A DNA stretch of 64,000 nt from Octopus vulgaris. Taxonomy: Eukaryota. Every line of letters starts with the position of its first letter. The stretch's first letter is position 1. The stretch covers positions 22,072,001-22,136,000 of the forward strand of contig OX597816.1 in assembly GCA_951406725.2 (NCBI GenBank). The letters run 5' to 3'. A program made the position numbers and the translations under genes. Below, piece after piece: positions 14,420 to 27,404 of the stretch. The notes beneath the pieces were generated by a model. That model saw nothing but the letters and a program-made list of their open reading frames with translations. It was not told the origin of the DNA and searched no databases.

Positions 14420-14452
14420 GTACATTTATGTGTATGTAAGTATATACACATA

Positions 14453-14494
<42 letters not shown>

Positions 14495-14543
14495 TAAATA
14501 TGCATATAATATATATATATATACATATACACATATATAAGTA

Positions 14544-14651
<108 letters not shown>

Positions 14652-14674
14652 GTACATACATACATGCAAACATG

Positions 14675-14716
<42 letters not shown>

Positions 14717-15520
14717 CACAAACACACACAATATATGACCATGTATTTGTATATGTCTGCACACGCAAACAAACACACACATACACACATAGACAGGCTC
14801 ACAAAACTGTACATTCACATAAATATACGTATGCCAACTTTTGTGTGTGCCTTTGTGTCTATGTATATTGATGATTATATCTATGGCTGAACATAAATAG
14901 ATAGTAGGTGAACAAATTGAAATATATGAGTCTAAATTATTACCATAATATGAATACAGAAAAGCAAATCGAAAATAATAACATAAGTGAAAAAGAGATC
15001 CACAACGAAGGAAAGGAAAAAAATTACATAAAAAAAACAAACAATTCCCAGAAATATTCAATAACTTCAACGAGTAATTCAATGTGGAATTGTTGTAAAA
15101 CACGATATGGTTTGACGTGTTATGCTATATGTCGGACACGTTTTTTTTCTTCATAATTAATTTCACAAGGGAATTTATTCAGCCTTTCTGTACATATCTT
15201 AGTTTGTTTAGTGTTTAAATTATATTTTGTGAAAAGGAATATGATCAATTTTCTTCTTGTGTGGTGCGTACGTGGAAGAAAAGTAGAGTGTTGATATGAT
15301 ATATATCTCGTTCTCGTCCGTGTTCTCCGAATATATAGTTAAAAAGTACTCGATATATACGTTGCTGCGTATATATATATATATGTATATATGTATGTAT
15401 ATATGTATGTATGAATGTGTGCATGTATGTATGTATGCATGTATGTATGTATGTATATATCAATATGTAAATGCGTGTATACATACATTTATATATGTAT
15501 ATATGGATATGTGTATGTGA

Positions 15521-15552
<32 letters not shown>

Positions 15553-15713
15553 TCACACACACACACTCATATATATATATATGTGTATGTGTGTGTGTGT
15601 ATGTGTATCTTAAATGATGAATTTCTTGGATAGAGTTATTCAACGTTACAAATCAACTTCCAATACATACATAATTGCATACACACACACTAATGTATAT
15701 TTTTGTATATACG

Positions 15714-15801
<88 letters not shown>

Positions 15802-16244
15802 CATATACTATATGCATGCCACTTTATATATATATACACACAGACATACATACATATGTGTGCATGAATTTATGAATGAATGTATATATGTAAACATACT
15901 TATGGGCGCTGCGCGCGAAGACAGCACTATAAAGGAGGAGTTTGAGAAATGGTATGTAATATTCAGTAGAAGACACAGAGCCAGAGATGAAGAATATGTG
16001 TATTTTTCATAATTACTTTAACTAAGATACGTACTTTCAACCCAATGATATCAGCTTCGTATACAGAAATGCACCTATAGATCTATTTGTATATAAACAT
16101 ACATGCGTATAACGTCGCGCAACCGTATTATCATAAGTATAGCGTTTATCAATGTTATTTGATTTTAAGAAACACAGAGCTAGAAACAGAATACATAGAT
16201 GTGAAGAACACAAATACATTTTAAAGAATGATCCTATACAGAGA

Positions 16245-16370
16245 AGCTTGCTTCCTAACCACATGGTTCCGGCACCTGGAACAAATGCCTTCTACTAGAG
16301 CCCCGGGTCGACTAAAGCCTTGTGAGTGGATTTGGTAGACGGAAACAGGAAGAATCCGGTGGTATATATG

Positions 16371-16405
<35 letters not shown>

Positions 16406-16596
16406 CTGTCTGTCTTCCAGCAACCGATACTGGAGTGTTTACGCCCCGGTAACTTAGCGGTTCGGCAAATTATAAATAGATAGAATAAGTACTAAGCTTA
16501 CGAAGAATAAGTTCTGGAGTCGATTTGCTCGACTAAAGGTGTTGCTCCAGCAAGGCCACAGTGAAATGACTGAATCAAGTAAAAGAGTAAAGAGTA
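16245..16596 (+). mobile_element. SINE family A, diverged
   Basis: Body and tail match family A. Confidence 0.7.
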
Positions 16597-16610
16597 AGAT
16601 TATACAATAT

Positions 16611-16841
16611 GGCGGCGAGCTGGTAGAAACGTTATCACGCCGGGCGAAATTCGTAGCCGTATTTCGTCTGTCGTTACGTTCCGAGTTCAAATTCCGCCGA
16701 GGTCGACTTTGCCTTTCATCCTTTCGGGGTCGATAAATTAAGTACCAGTTACGCACTGGGGTCGATGTAGTCGACTTAATCCCTTTGTCTGTCCTTGTTT
16801 GTCCCCTCTGTGTTTAGCCCCTTGTGGGTAGTAAAGAAATA
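16611..16841 (+). mobile_element. tRNA-derived SINE family B, full length, with TSD
   Basis: ggcggcgagctggtagaaacgtta...gagttcaaattccgccgaggtcgactttgcc...gtaaagaaata; direct repeat tatacaatatggcgg at 16601-16615 and 16842-16856. Confidence 0.82.
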
Positions 16842-17112
16842 TATACAATATGGCGGAGTGAAATTTGAGAATGAAAATTACATACGTAACATGTTGAAAT
16901 TTGCAATGGTTTTTCGGACATATCTTTGGATAATTTGGTATTTTGATCTCTGGAGAATACGATTTTAAAATAAGTATATTGAAAATTTCAATGTATTTTC
17001 CTGTCTGACACACATTCTTTTCTGCAGATATATCTTTCGTTTTCCCTATTGTATATATATAACTACGTATATATGTGTTTGTGTGTGTGTATGTGTGTAT
17101 TCATTTAGTATT

Positions 17113-17490
17113 TTATTCTTTCAATTCTTTCAGTCATTTGACTGCGACCATGCTAGAACACCGCCTTAAATGGGTTCTCGGTCGAAAAAAAAATGACCCC
17201 AGGACTTATTCTATTTGTCTGTTTTGCCGAACCGGTAGATTACGTGGACGTAAATACACTAACATCGATTGTCGAGCGATGGAGGGGGACAAACACAGAC
17301 ACAAAGAAACACACATACACACACACACACACATACTCACACACACACACACATATATACACGACGAGCTTCTTTGAATTTCTATCTGTCAAGTCCACTC
17401 ACAAGGCTTTGGCCGGCTCAAGGTTATAGTTGAAGACCCGTGCAGAAGTTGCCAGGTAGTAGAACTGAGCACAGAACAGCCATGCCTGCA
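17113..17490 (-). mobile_element. SINE family A, diverged
   Basis: Reverse-complement match to family A. Confidence 0.7.
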
Positions 17491-17659
17491 ACTGTACATG
17501 TTTATACGCACCCTTTTATACGCACACTAAACTATACATCGAGAATGACTTATGCATGAGTATGACTTTGCGTAAGGGATGTCTCTTTCTCTGGAGTGGA
17601 AGACATGAGACAACAGATGCAGATGACATGAATGAATTTAAAATTGATGGAATAATACT

Positions 17660-18135
17660 TTCATGTGTAAACCAGAAGAAATTCCCTGGGCATGGACACA
17701 TTGAAACTCCGACGTCTGGCAGCTGACTTGGCAGACACCCATAAAATGATCAACCATCGCACAAACAATAACTCTGAGCACCTTTTCAAACTCCACCCAT
17801 CTAACACCCGTGGACATATTTACAAAGTAAGAAAACAGCACAGCTCCCACGACTTCAGGAAACATTTTTTCACACTGAGAGTTGCTGAAGCATGGAACAA
17901 ACTGCCGACATCAGTTGTTAGTTGTCGGAGCACTGCATCCTTCAAAACTTCCATGCTTCCTGAGATTCGCCAACACTACACTTGATTTTCTCCCCTCCAT
18001 ACACACACAAGCATGTATCTGACTCATACACTGTTCACTTCCCAGATATTTATATATTACTGCATGTACTTTATATGCACTCTCTGACAAGTTGTGGTGC
18101 ACCTGAGCACTGTATACAATAATTTCATTATATAT
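17660..18135 (+). mobile_element. 5'-truncated CR1/L2-group LINE 3' end (ORF2 C-terminus 17692-17985 + 3' UTR)
   Basis: LKLRRLAADL...TRGHIYKV...RKHFFTLRVAEAWNKLPTSVV...SFK is the typical CR1-group RT C-terminus; AT-rich tail. Confidence 0.85.
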
Positions 18136-18289
18136 TATATATAATCAGTTATTTTTCGATTCATATTTAAGTTCAAAATTGTATTTCGCCAAAGATATTA
18201 CAGGTTCTATAGTTCTAAAATATAACACGTGAGACTAAGTACTAACAGAATATTCAAGGCATGAAATTCAGGATAGTTTCAGGCATGGA

Positions 18290-18436
18290 TGAGCAGGAAG
18301 AAGCTTGCTGCCCAGCCACGTGGTTCTACGTTCAGTCCTACTCCGTGGCACCTTCGGCAAGTGTTTTCTACTATAGCTTCAGGCCGACCGAAGACTTGAG
18401 AGTGGATTTGGTGGAGGGAAACTGAAAGAACCGCGT

Positions 18437-18468
<32 letters not shown>

Positions 18469-18992
18469 ATCCAAACACGAAAGAACAAAAAAACACAACA
18501 ACGCGAGGACGTGGAACAAATATAGTATTATTGGACGCTCAGGAAAGAAGGAAAGAAGGAGTGTTTAACGTTTCGAGCAGAGCTCTTCGTCGGAAACATA
18601 GGAGAAGGAAAGATCCAGTGAAGGGAAGACAGAGGAAAAAAATCGCCAACGGTACACACGCGGTCACAACCGCAGGTTCGATATACGAAATAACGGGATA
18701 ATAATAATGGTTTCGCAAATCGTTCTACACCAGATACTGGTAATAACCCTCGACGATACGCAACACTCAGCTTTATTCTGCTCAAGAGTTTCTGTGCATA
18801 TACATTTATATTGAGGCACATTCCATTAGGAGCCAACCAATAGGGGTGTTCTTCTTCCGCCCAACAATGTGTCTGTATTTCTCCCCCACTCCGGCCAAAC
18901 AATGTTGGTGTGTCTACGTCCTCCTAACTTAGTGGTTCGGCAAAAAAATCCCGATGGAATAAGTACTAGGCTTACAAAGAATAAGTCCTGGG
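18290..18992 (+). mobile_element. SINE family A interrupted at its internal (TA)n by the hammerhead element 18465-18668
   Basis: 5' half at 18290-18436; 3' half resumes at ~18868. Confidence 0.7.
18465..18668 (-). mobile_element. ~200-bp (TA)n-anchored non-autonomous element with U4C-variant minimal hammerhead (copy 1)
   Basis: Three copies with the same ends, (TA)n-gttaat.caaaca...cggtacacacg.ggtcaca. 18562-18598 on the minus strand reads UGUUU CCGACGA A GAGC UCU GCUC GAA ACGU U AAACA. Confidence 0.8.
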
Positions 18993-19074
18993 AGTGCATT
19001 AGCATTTGTTTAACTATAAATGCTTACGGATGTGTGTTGATTTATCGGCATTCATAGAATGTCAGAAGATGATG

Positions 19075-19317
19075 TAGGCGTGGTTGTGTGATAAGAATAT
19101 TACTTCCCAACGACATGGCTCTGTGTTCAGTCCCACTCGCAGCAGGTTGAGCAAGTGTCTTCTACCATAGACTTGGGCTGAACAAAGCCAGTAGGCGGAA
19201 ACTCAAAGGAGCTCGTCCTCTCTATCTCTCACTCTCTCTCTCTCTCTTTCACTCTATCTCTATCTCTATATATATAGACATACATATATATACATACATA
19301 CATACATCCATATATCC

Positions 19318-19348
<31 letters not shown>

Positions 19349-19361
19349 TGCATATATATAC

Positions 19362-19407
<46 letters not shown>

Positions 19408-19630
19408 TTATCTATATGCGTGTGTATGGTGGGTGTTTGTATCATCGTGTCTGGTATTGGTTCCCAACCCCCTTGACAACCGAGGTGGTGTGTTTACATC
19501 CCCGTAACTTAGCGGTTCGACTAAATACACCGATAGTATAAGTACCAGGGGCTCTATTCATTCGACTAAATGATTCTCTAAGGCCTGAACCAGTATTGCC
19601 ACAGTCTAATGACTGAAACAAATAAAAGAT
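19075..19630 (+). mobile_element. SINE family A with expanded internal microsatellite
   Basis: Head and tail match family A. Confidence 0.7.
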
Positions 19631-19742
19631 ATCTCATTAAAATACAAATATGTGAAGTGTTTTCAATCAGATCCCAATTCCGCTTACTAATACCACCAAC
19701 CTCTTTTATGCAAGTCCTACCACACCCTACGTACACATACAA

Positions 19743-19775
<33 letters not shown>

Positions 19776-20309
19776 CACACACACACATATATATCTATAA
19801 ATGTCTGTGTCTCCCGCACGCACGTATATCTGAATGTGTCTAAAGAAGGATATATAAGCAGTTTATTTTTTAAATACGTCTGAGAACTCAAAATATCTTG
19901 TTTTAAATAACGCCATTATTAATTCTATTTTGCTTCTCTCAGCAAAATAATAATTCTAAACAAAATTATTGCGCCCCTGTGTATGATTTTCTATTATTTT
20001 AGCAATGGACAAGCAGACAGTAAATAAACAGATGTTTCTTCTATTGTAAAAATTCTAAAATTAAACAAATAAACACAAAGAAATGCATTTGAAATGGGGA
20101 GCGAGATAATGATATGTGTGCTGAAGATTAAGATAATAATTTAGTCAATCAGTCAATAAACAAATCACAATTTTGTATCCCATCGGTGAGGTTGTCAACT
20201 GCCTATGAACAAAATATAATGTAAATTGTTCACACTTCCTAGCGATATGAAAATAGTTAAACTTAGAAATATACGCTTCAAATGTAGGTGGAGTAGAAGT
20301 GGAGTATTC

Positions 20310-20880
20310 TTTTCTACTCTAGGCACAAGGCCCGTAAATTTGGGAGATAGGGCCAGTCGATTAGATCGACCTCAGTACGTAACAGGTACTTAATTTACCG
20401 ACCTCGATTGAGACGAAAGCAAAGTCGACCTCTGCGGAATTTGAACTCAGAACGTAGCGGCAGATGAAATACCTATTTCTTTACTACCTACAAGGGGCAA
20501 AACACAGACAAGACAAACAAATGGATTAAGTCGATTATATCGACCCCGGTGCGTAATTGGTACTTAATTTATCGACTCCAAAAGGATGAAAGGCAAAGTC
20601 GACCTCGGTGGAATTTGAAATCAGAACGTAGCGGCAGATGAAATACCTATTTCTTTACTACCTACAAGGGGCTAAACACAGACAGGACAAACAAGGACAG
20701 ACAAATAGATTAAGTCGATTGTATCGACCCCAGTACGTAACTGGTACTTATTTGATCGACCCCGAAAGGATGAAAGGCAAAGTCGACCTCGGCAGAATTT
20801 GAACTGAGAACGTAGCAGCAGACGAAATACTGCTAAGCATTTCACCCGGTGTGCTAACGATTCTGCCAGCTCACACCTTG
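20310..20880 (-). mobile_element. Tandem array of three SINE family B units
   Basis: aaagtcgacctc...gaatttgaa.t.agaacgtagc.gcaga repeated three times. Confidence 0.8.
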
Positions 20881-21019
20881 TGAAAGTGGAGTATTTGCAT
20901 TATTAATGAGTGCTGAGTTCACGTACAAAGATGATTTAAACAGAAACTAGTGGTCATAGAAAAGCTGAACCTAATCAAATAAGACAGTCTTAGAGAGATC
21001 TTAACATAAACTTTTATTT

Positions 21020-21420
21020 CAGTTGCGGTAGCTGGCAGAATCGTTATCACACCGGACAAAATCCTCAGCGGCATTTCGTTTGTCTTTACGTTCTGAGTAA
21101 GAATTCCGCCGAGGTTGACTTTGCCTTACATTCTTTCGGGGTCGGTAAAGCATGCCCCAGAAATTGCTGGCCTTGTGCCAAAATTTTATTCGATACAAGC
21201 TTCTATTTGGAGAATTGCTGCTGGCAGAATCGTTAGCACGCCGGACAAAATAATTCGCAACATTTCGCTTGTTTTTATGCTCTGAGTTCGAATTACGCCG
21301 ATGTTCAATTTGCATCTCATCTTTTCGGCGTTCAGTGAATTAAATATAAGACTGGGGTCGATATAATCAACTAAATCCCTCCCACAAAATTCCAGGCCTT
21401 GTGTTCATTGAAAAAAAGAT
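21020..21420 (+). mobile_element. Two diverged SINE family B copies
   Basis: gctggcagaatcgtta.cac.ccggacaaaa heads twice. Confidence 0.65.
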
Positions 21421-21483
21421 AATTACCTTCTGTCAGCTTTAATCTTTCGCTATCATATATACATATTTGTCTATTTAATCATA

Positions 21484-21817
21484 TATACTATGTTGTGTCT
21501 GGGGAGAATCATTTTCTTTTTGTGCCTTATAATGTAAGACACACACCGGTAAAATTTCCACTTACTTCTTATTTTTATTTTCCAAAACTTTTCGTTGCGT
21601 CTTGCAACCTTTTCAGTAGTGTTGACTATTGAAAAGGTTGCAAGGCGCAACGAAAATTTTAGGAAAATAAAAATAAGAAGTAAGTGGAAATTTTACCGGT
21701 GAGTGTGTTACATTATAAGGCACAAAAAGAAAATGACCCTCCCCAGACACAAGAGAATATGCTTCAACACACGAACTCACATAAAGAATCTTGCAAACCA
21801 AATCCCAAAATGAAATA
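21484..21817. mobile_element. Foldback element with ~128-bp inverted arms, one-sided tail, 32-bp target-site duplication and U3-A8 hammerhead variant
   Basis: Arms 21493-21620 and 21625-21752; tail 21753-21817; direct repeat atcatatatacatatttgtctatttaatcata at 21452-21483 and 21818-21849; 21626-21662 reads CUA UUGAAAA G GUUGC AAGGC GCAAC GAA AAUU U UAG. Confidence 0.78.
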
Positions 21818-22809
21818 ATCATATATACATATTTGTCTATTTAATCATACTTTTAAATATATTTGTGTTTAAACATTAACACCAGTGTACCATTCACATT
21901 TATTATATGCAGTATTACCACATTCTCTTTAATGCTGTATGGTAAACTTGTATGGTAAAGATTCTATATAAAACCCGCAGGTTAGATATTTATATCACAT
22001 TTTGCACTGCATGATTCCTTTTTGCTAAAATTTACGTACGTATCATATTCATTACATATCCAAAGCTTTTCATTGTTCACCTACAAAATAGTAAGTATAA
22101 TTTTCGATAAATATATACGACAAATGAAATTACGTAAAATACAAGCTTAAGGAAATTGGCTTTCCTTACTGAATAAAGTCAACTAAAATCACGATATAAA
22201 TATTTCTCCTGCAGGAATACAAAGAGTCATACTATACATAGAGGAGAATAAAATTGGTAAGATATTTACATTCATGAGGTTATGGATAAAAATGTGGTGA
22301 AAGTGAATTGAAATAGTTTGAAATGGGAATGGAACTCGTCTATATATTTCTATACACTGAGAATAAATCAACTTTAGTTGACGATGTCCAGTGACACTTC
22401 ACACCATAATAAATTCCATATCGCACTGAAAGAAACGTGAAAATATATGTAGAGACAATTTCTACTTTAGGGAATATATTTTACCAATTTACATGATATT
22501 GGATTTTGCTGTAGGTGATGAATTGTATCAAAAGTGAAAAATGTGAGAAGGTTGTAAAGCTAGGTTGAGGCAATTTATCAATGTCAATACTTGTTTCTTT
22601 CTCATGATACTGGAGGTGGATGTAACAGTAGTATATGGCAGACGGAAATCAAAGTTTCATAATCTAATATTTAGTTCCATCTCCTCTCTCAGCAATGATA
22701 GACTGCAACGTTTTGGCAGGAATATTCTTTTTGTTTCGACATAACAATACCAGGAATAATTTGGAACCAATTCAATTGATTTTATATCAACAATTTAGAC
22801 ACAGACAGA

Positions 22810-23478
22810 AATGGCAGTGTGTTTAAGAAGCTCGCTTTGCAGTCATGTGGTTTCGAGTTCGGTTCCATTACGCGGTACATTGGTCAGGAACCTTCTACTG
22901 TAACACGGACTGCTCAATGACTTGTGAATGGAATTATTAGAATGAATCGGTGTGGAAGCGCATCCCCCATGTGTGTATATGTGTGTGTATACGTATGTGT
23001 ATTTGTGTTTGTCTTCCAGCGCCGCTTGACAGACAGGTGGTTTGCTGGTTTCTGTTAATACCCGTAACCTAGCGGATTATGGAGGCGCGTGGCTTAGTGG
23101 TTAGGGTGTCAGCATCATGATCGTAAGATTGTGGTTTCAATTCCTGGACCGGGCGACGCGTTGTGTTCTTGAGCAAAACACTTCATTTCACGTTGCTCCA
23201 GTCTACTCAGCAGGCAAAAATGAGTAACGCTGCGATGGACTGGCGTCTCGTCCAGCTGGGAACACATACGCCATAGAGACCGGGAAACCGGGCCCATGAA
23301 CCTTGCTAGACTTTAAAAGGGCTACATTTATTATTTTGTTAACCTAGCGGATTGGAAAAGCGACTAACGGAATAAATACTAGACTTAAATATAAGAAGCA
23401 GTTTCTTCGACTGTATCATTCAAGGAGGTACCTTCCATGCCTGCAGTCCAATGACTGAAGCAAGTAAAAGATAAAATG
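22810..23478 (+). mobile_element. Old SINE family A copy hosting a SINE family C insertion
   Basis: Diverged family A sequence on both sides of 23079-23339. Confidence 0.6.
23079..23339 (+). mobile_element. tRNA-derived SINE family C, full length, with 14-bp TSD
   Basis: A box tggcttagtggttagg, B box ggtttcaattcc; TSD taacctagcggatt at 23065-23078 and 23340-23353. Partial copies at 1-100 and 1935-2030. Confidence 0.85.
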
Positions 23479-23751
23479 TAAATATATATATACATGAGAT
23501 TTGAACGTATGTCTTGTTAAAATATATAAATATGATGAATAGATAATCAATTGATTTTTTGGCTTTTGCGTAATCAAAAAGAATTGATCAAACAAGAATT
23601 ATTACTATTGATTCAAAGGGATGATGGTAATGAAATTATTGATGTCCACACGTTTCTCAAGGGTATTACAAACTTATGTGAATCGAAAGCAGAATCGAAA
23701 TCGATCTGTGTTTCAGTAACGTATTGACCTTAGCCAGATGTTAGTGGCTCT

Positions 23752-23815
<64 letters not shown>

Positions 23816-23820
23816 CATAC

Positions 23821-23893
<73 letters not shown>

Positions 23894-23969
23894 TATATAT
23901 ATATACATGCATACATACATATATATATATGTATCTATGTATATATATGTATATAGATATATATATATG

Positions 23970-24032
<63 letters not shown>

Positions 24033-24901
24033 ATGTATATAGTTTTATGGCCATGTCTGAGAAGTCGGTGATAAAGACTTAGTAAACCAACGCAGTGATG
24101 TTGGCGTTATGTAAACCCGGTACGTTTTATGTCATTGATACTTTTGAGAAATGTTTGAATGTCACAGCTTACAATTTCTTCCAGTCGTCAAATGCCAGAC
24201 ATCAGTGTAATTAAGATGAAAACATTTGATATATATATTTCTCAAAAGACTTAATTTTATTTCAACTTGTCACTGCTAGGCTGTCGTGTTTCCAAGTGTG
24301 TAAATACGCTAGAAACCGTTGCATAATCCATTTATCCACCGGTCTTCTTCATCTTCTATTCCTGTTAGGTTTGTTGGGATAAAGACCTCAGGTACCTCTT
24401 CCAGAGGGTTTCTATTAGAAGTAACCCCCATTACACATTCCAGATAGATTCCCGTGCATTACAGTCTTAGACTATAGATGTTATCGAGCTAGCTCAATTT
24501 TCGTCTGCGCTTAGGCCTCCTTCCGGTTGAATCGGTTTGAAGTAACCTTCTGTGATCTCTTCCTGCGACATTTTATTTGCACTTTCGCACAGCCGGATCT
24601 GTGACCTCTCAAAACAGAGAAGTAACGGCTCTGCCTGGAAAGACTCCTACTCGCCGAGTTACACACCGTGTCTGGGAAACTTTTCATTACAACTGAGTCA
24701 ATTATGCCCATAATAAATGTCATAAACATGTTTTTATTCAACAACAGAAGTATATTTAGTTAGGATGGTTATTGTAGTAGTTATTAAACAACTTATACTA
24801 TAGAAACAATGATAACAGCTGTAAAAGTTTAACCTCCCATTTGGAGGTTTTTTTATTGGTAAACTCCTAATTATTGCACTTTATATTCAAACGAAATTTC
24901 T

Positions 24902-25463
24902 AAGGCGCAGGAGTGGCTGTGTGGTAAATAGCTTGCTTACCAATCACAGTCCCACTGCATTGCATCTTGGACAAGTGTCTTCTACTATAGACTCAGGCCG
25001 ACCAAAGTCTTGTGAGTGGATGTGGTAGACGGAAACTGAAAGAAGCACATCGTATATATGTACATATGTCTGTGTGTGTGTTTGTGCGTCTGTATTTGTC
25101 CCCCCAACATCGCTTGACAACCGATGCATGGCACCTTGGACAAGTGTCTTCTACTATAACCTCAGGCCATCAAAGCCTTGTGAGTGGATTTGGTAGATGG
25201 AAATTGAAAGAAGCCCGTCGTATATATCTATATATGCCCCTATGTGTGTGTTTGTGTGTCCGTGTTTCTCCCGCCAACATCGCTTGACAACAGATGCTGG
25301 TGTGTTTACGTCACCGTAACTTAGTGCTTCCGCAAAAGAGACCGAGAAAACATGTACTTGGCTTACAAAGTATAAGTCCTAGGGTCGATTTGCTCGGCCA
25401 AAATGTGGTGTTGCAGCATGGCCACAGTCAAATGACTGAAACAAGTAAATGAGTAACAGAGTA
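24902..25463 (+). mobile_element. SINE family A with internal tandem duplication
   Basis: Middle segment (ttggacaagtgtcttctactata...catcgcttgacaa) occurs twice. Confidence 0.75.
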
Positions 25464-26120
25464 ATATCTGTTATATAAGCACAACTCATTGAAGAAACTC
25501 AATCAATGCTTAGGGAGGGTGTACAATTAATTGGAAGTTTCCCTTTACACCAATTATACTGGTTAATCCAAGGCGAAACGAGATGATGTATTGATTGTAA
25601 CAATGATTAGTCTTACAAAAGCCTAAAAGCTATTCGTCGTAAGTTTTGTATTTCTTCGATCTTCAGTAATAGATATGAATAATAACAACCTGGCTTGCAT
25701 AAACTCCACCACAAGATTCCTGTTTTAGGATAGTTTATCTGAAACCACAGGACTTTCTATCGTTTTTAATTTGCAAATTTGGAAGGATATAGATATTTGT
25801 AAATTTAATAGTGTTAAGGAAATAGATTAACATTTATTCTTACTTATTCATAGTATGGTAGCATTTATAGCCATATGGAATACAGTATGGGATGTTTAGT
25901 AGTGTGGTTACGAATATAACAAGCTGGCTTTGTTATTATCGAAACTATCAATCATACCTTATAATTCGAAACGTAAAGGAGAAACTGACTGTAATTCACC
26001 GCTGTGAGCTAAGGGGTATCATGCAAATAAAATTACATAATGTAGTCGAATACATCACTCACAAACAGAGACATACACAGACATGCACACACGCACATAT
26101 ACATATATTGAAACATACGT

Positions 26121-26147
26121 ATAGATAGATAGATAGATAGATAGATT

Positions 26148-26215
<68 letters not shown>
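26121..26215. repeat. (GATA)n microsatellite (another at 37095-37180)
   Basis: Direct reading. Confidence 0.95.
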
Positions 26216-26483
26216 TAAATATAAAAGTTTTCCTTTCACAAATATGTGTTTTTCAAAAGGACATGTTTAAAATACTGATAACTTAGGAATTGGTAGCTAG
26301 TCCCGTAGAAATAATTTTTAGTTGGCTGTCAAGTGAAGATAAAGCTGTAAACGTACGGAAAGATTTTAAGGAAACTACACTCACTGACAAAAAAGTTTTG
26401 CCAATGTAATGCCGGTAGTGGTTTAAAGTGTCCTTTGGCCCCTATCATATATACATACACACACACACACACATATGTATATG

Positions 26484-26567
<84 letters not shown>

Positions 26568-26571
<4 letters not shown>

Positions 26572-26759
26572 ATCCAAACAAGAAAACACAAAAAACACAA
26601 CAACGCGAGGACGTGGAACATATATAGCATTATTGGACGCTCAGGAAAGAAGGGAAGAAGGAGGGTTTAACGTTTCGAGCGGAGATCTTCGTCGGAAAAA
26701 TAGGAGAAGGAAAGATCCCGAGAGGGAGAAAAATCGCTAACGGTACACACGAGGTCACA
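26568..26759 (-). mobile_element. Same ~200-bp hammerhead-like element (copy 2)
   Basis: Near-identical to 18465-18668 and abuts (TA)n. Confidence 0.8.
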
Positions 26760-27062
26760 TACATACACATTAAATTAATAGCAATATACGAATGTATATG
26801 AGCATATAATTATATTAAGGGAGCTAGGGCGAAAACTCTAACATCCTTGAAGTGCTGAGACCTTCAAAAACCTCCTAAAACCTCAAGATTAAATATGTTC
26901 CCATAATATAAATATAAACATATGTATAACAATATTAATTTAATGTATAAGTTACCTATAAATTTATACAGCATGTTAACTACCTGATAAAAATCATAAA
27001 CGTGATTTTTATCCTTATATTCTATTATGAATTAAATTTATATATAATTATACAAACATATA

Positions 27063-27100
<38 letters not shown>

Positions 27101-27127
27101 GTGTGTGTATATATTTGTATATATATG

Positions 27128-27197
<70 letters not shown>

Positions 27198-27350
27198 AAT
27201 GCACATATAATTGATTAACTAACCAGAAGATGGATATGGTATTAATCTTTATTTTGTATGTTGATCGTTTCAACTCAACCGGCTTCAACACGCTAAATCG
27301 ACATATCGACATGTAACCATTAGTCCCAAAATATTATACATACACACATA

Positions 27351-27398
<48 letters not shown>

Positions 27399-27404
<6 letters not shown>

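Noticed and set aside
20310-20880. CRISPR-like regularly spaced repeats
   Set aside because: Eukaryotic tandem SINE units with homologous spacers; no cas genes.
24320-24720. Possible old LINE remnant on the minus strand
   Set aside because: No convincing motif could be read.
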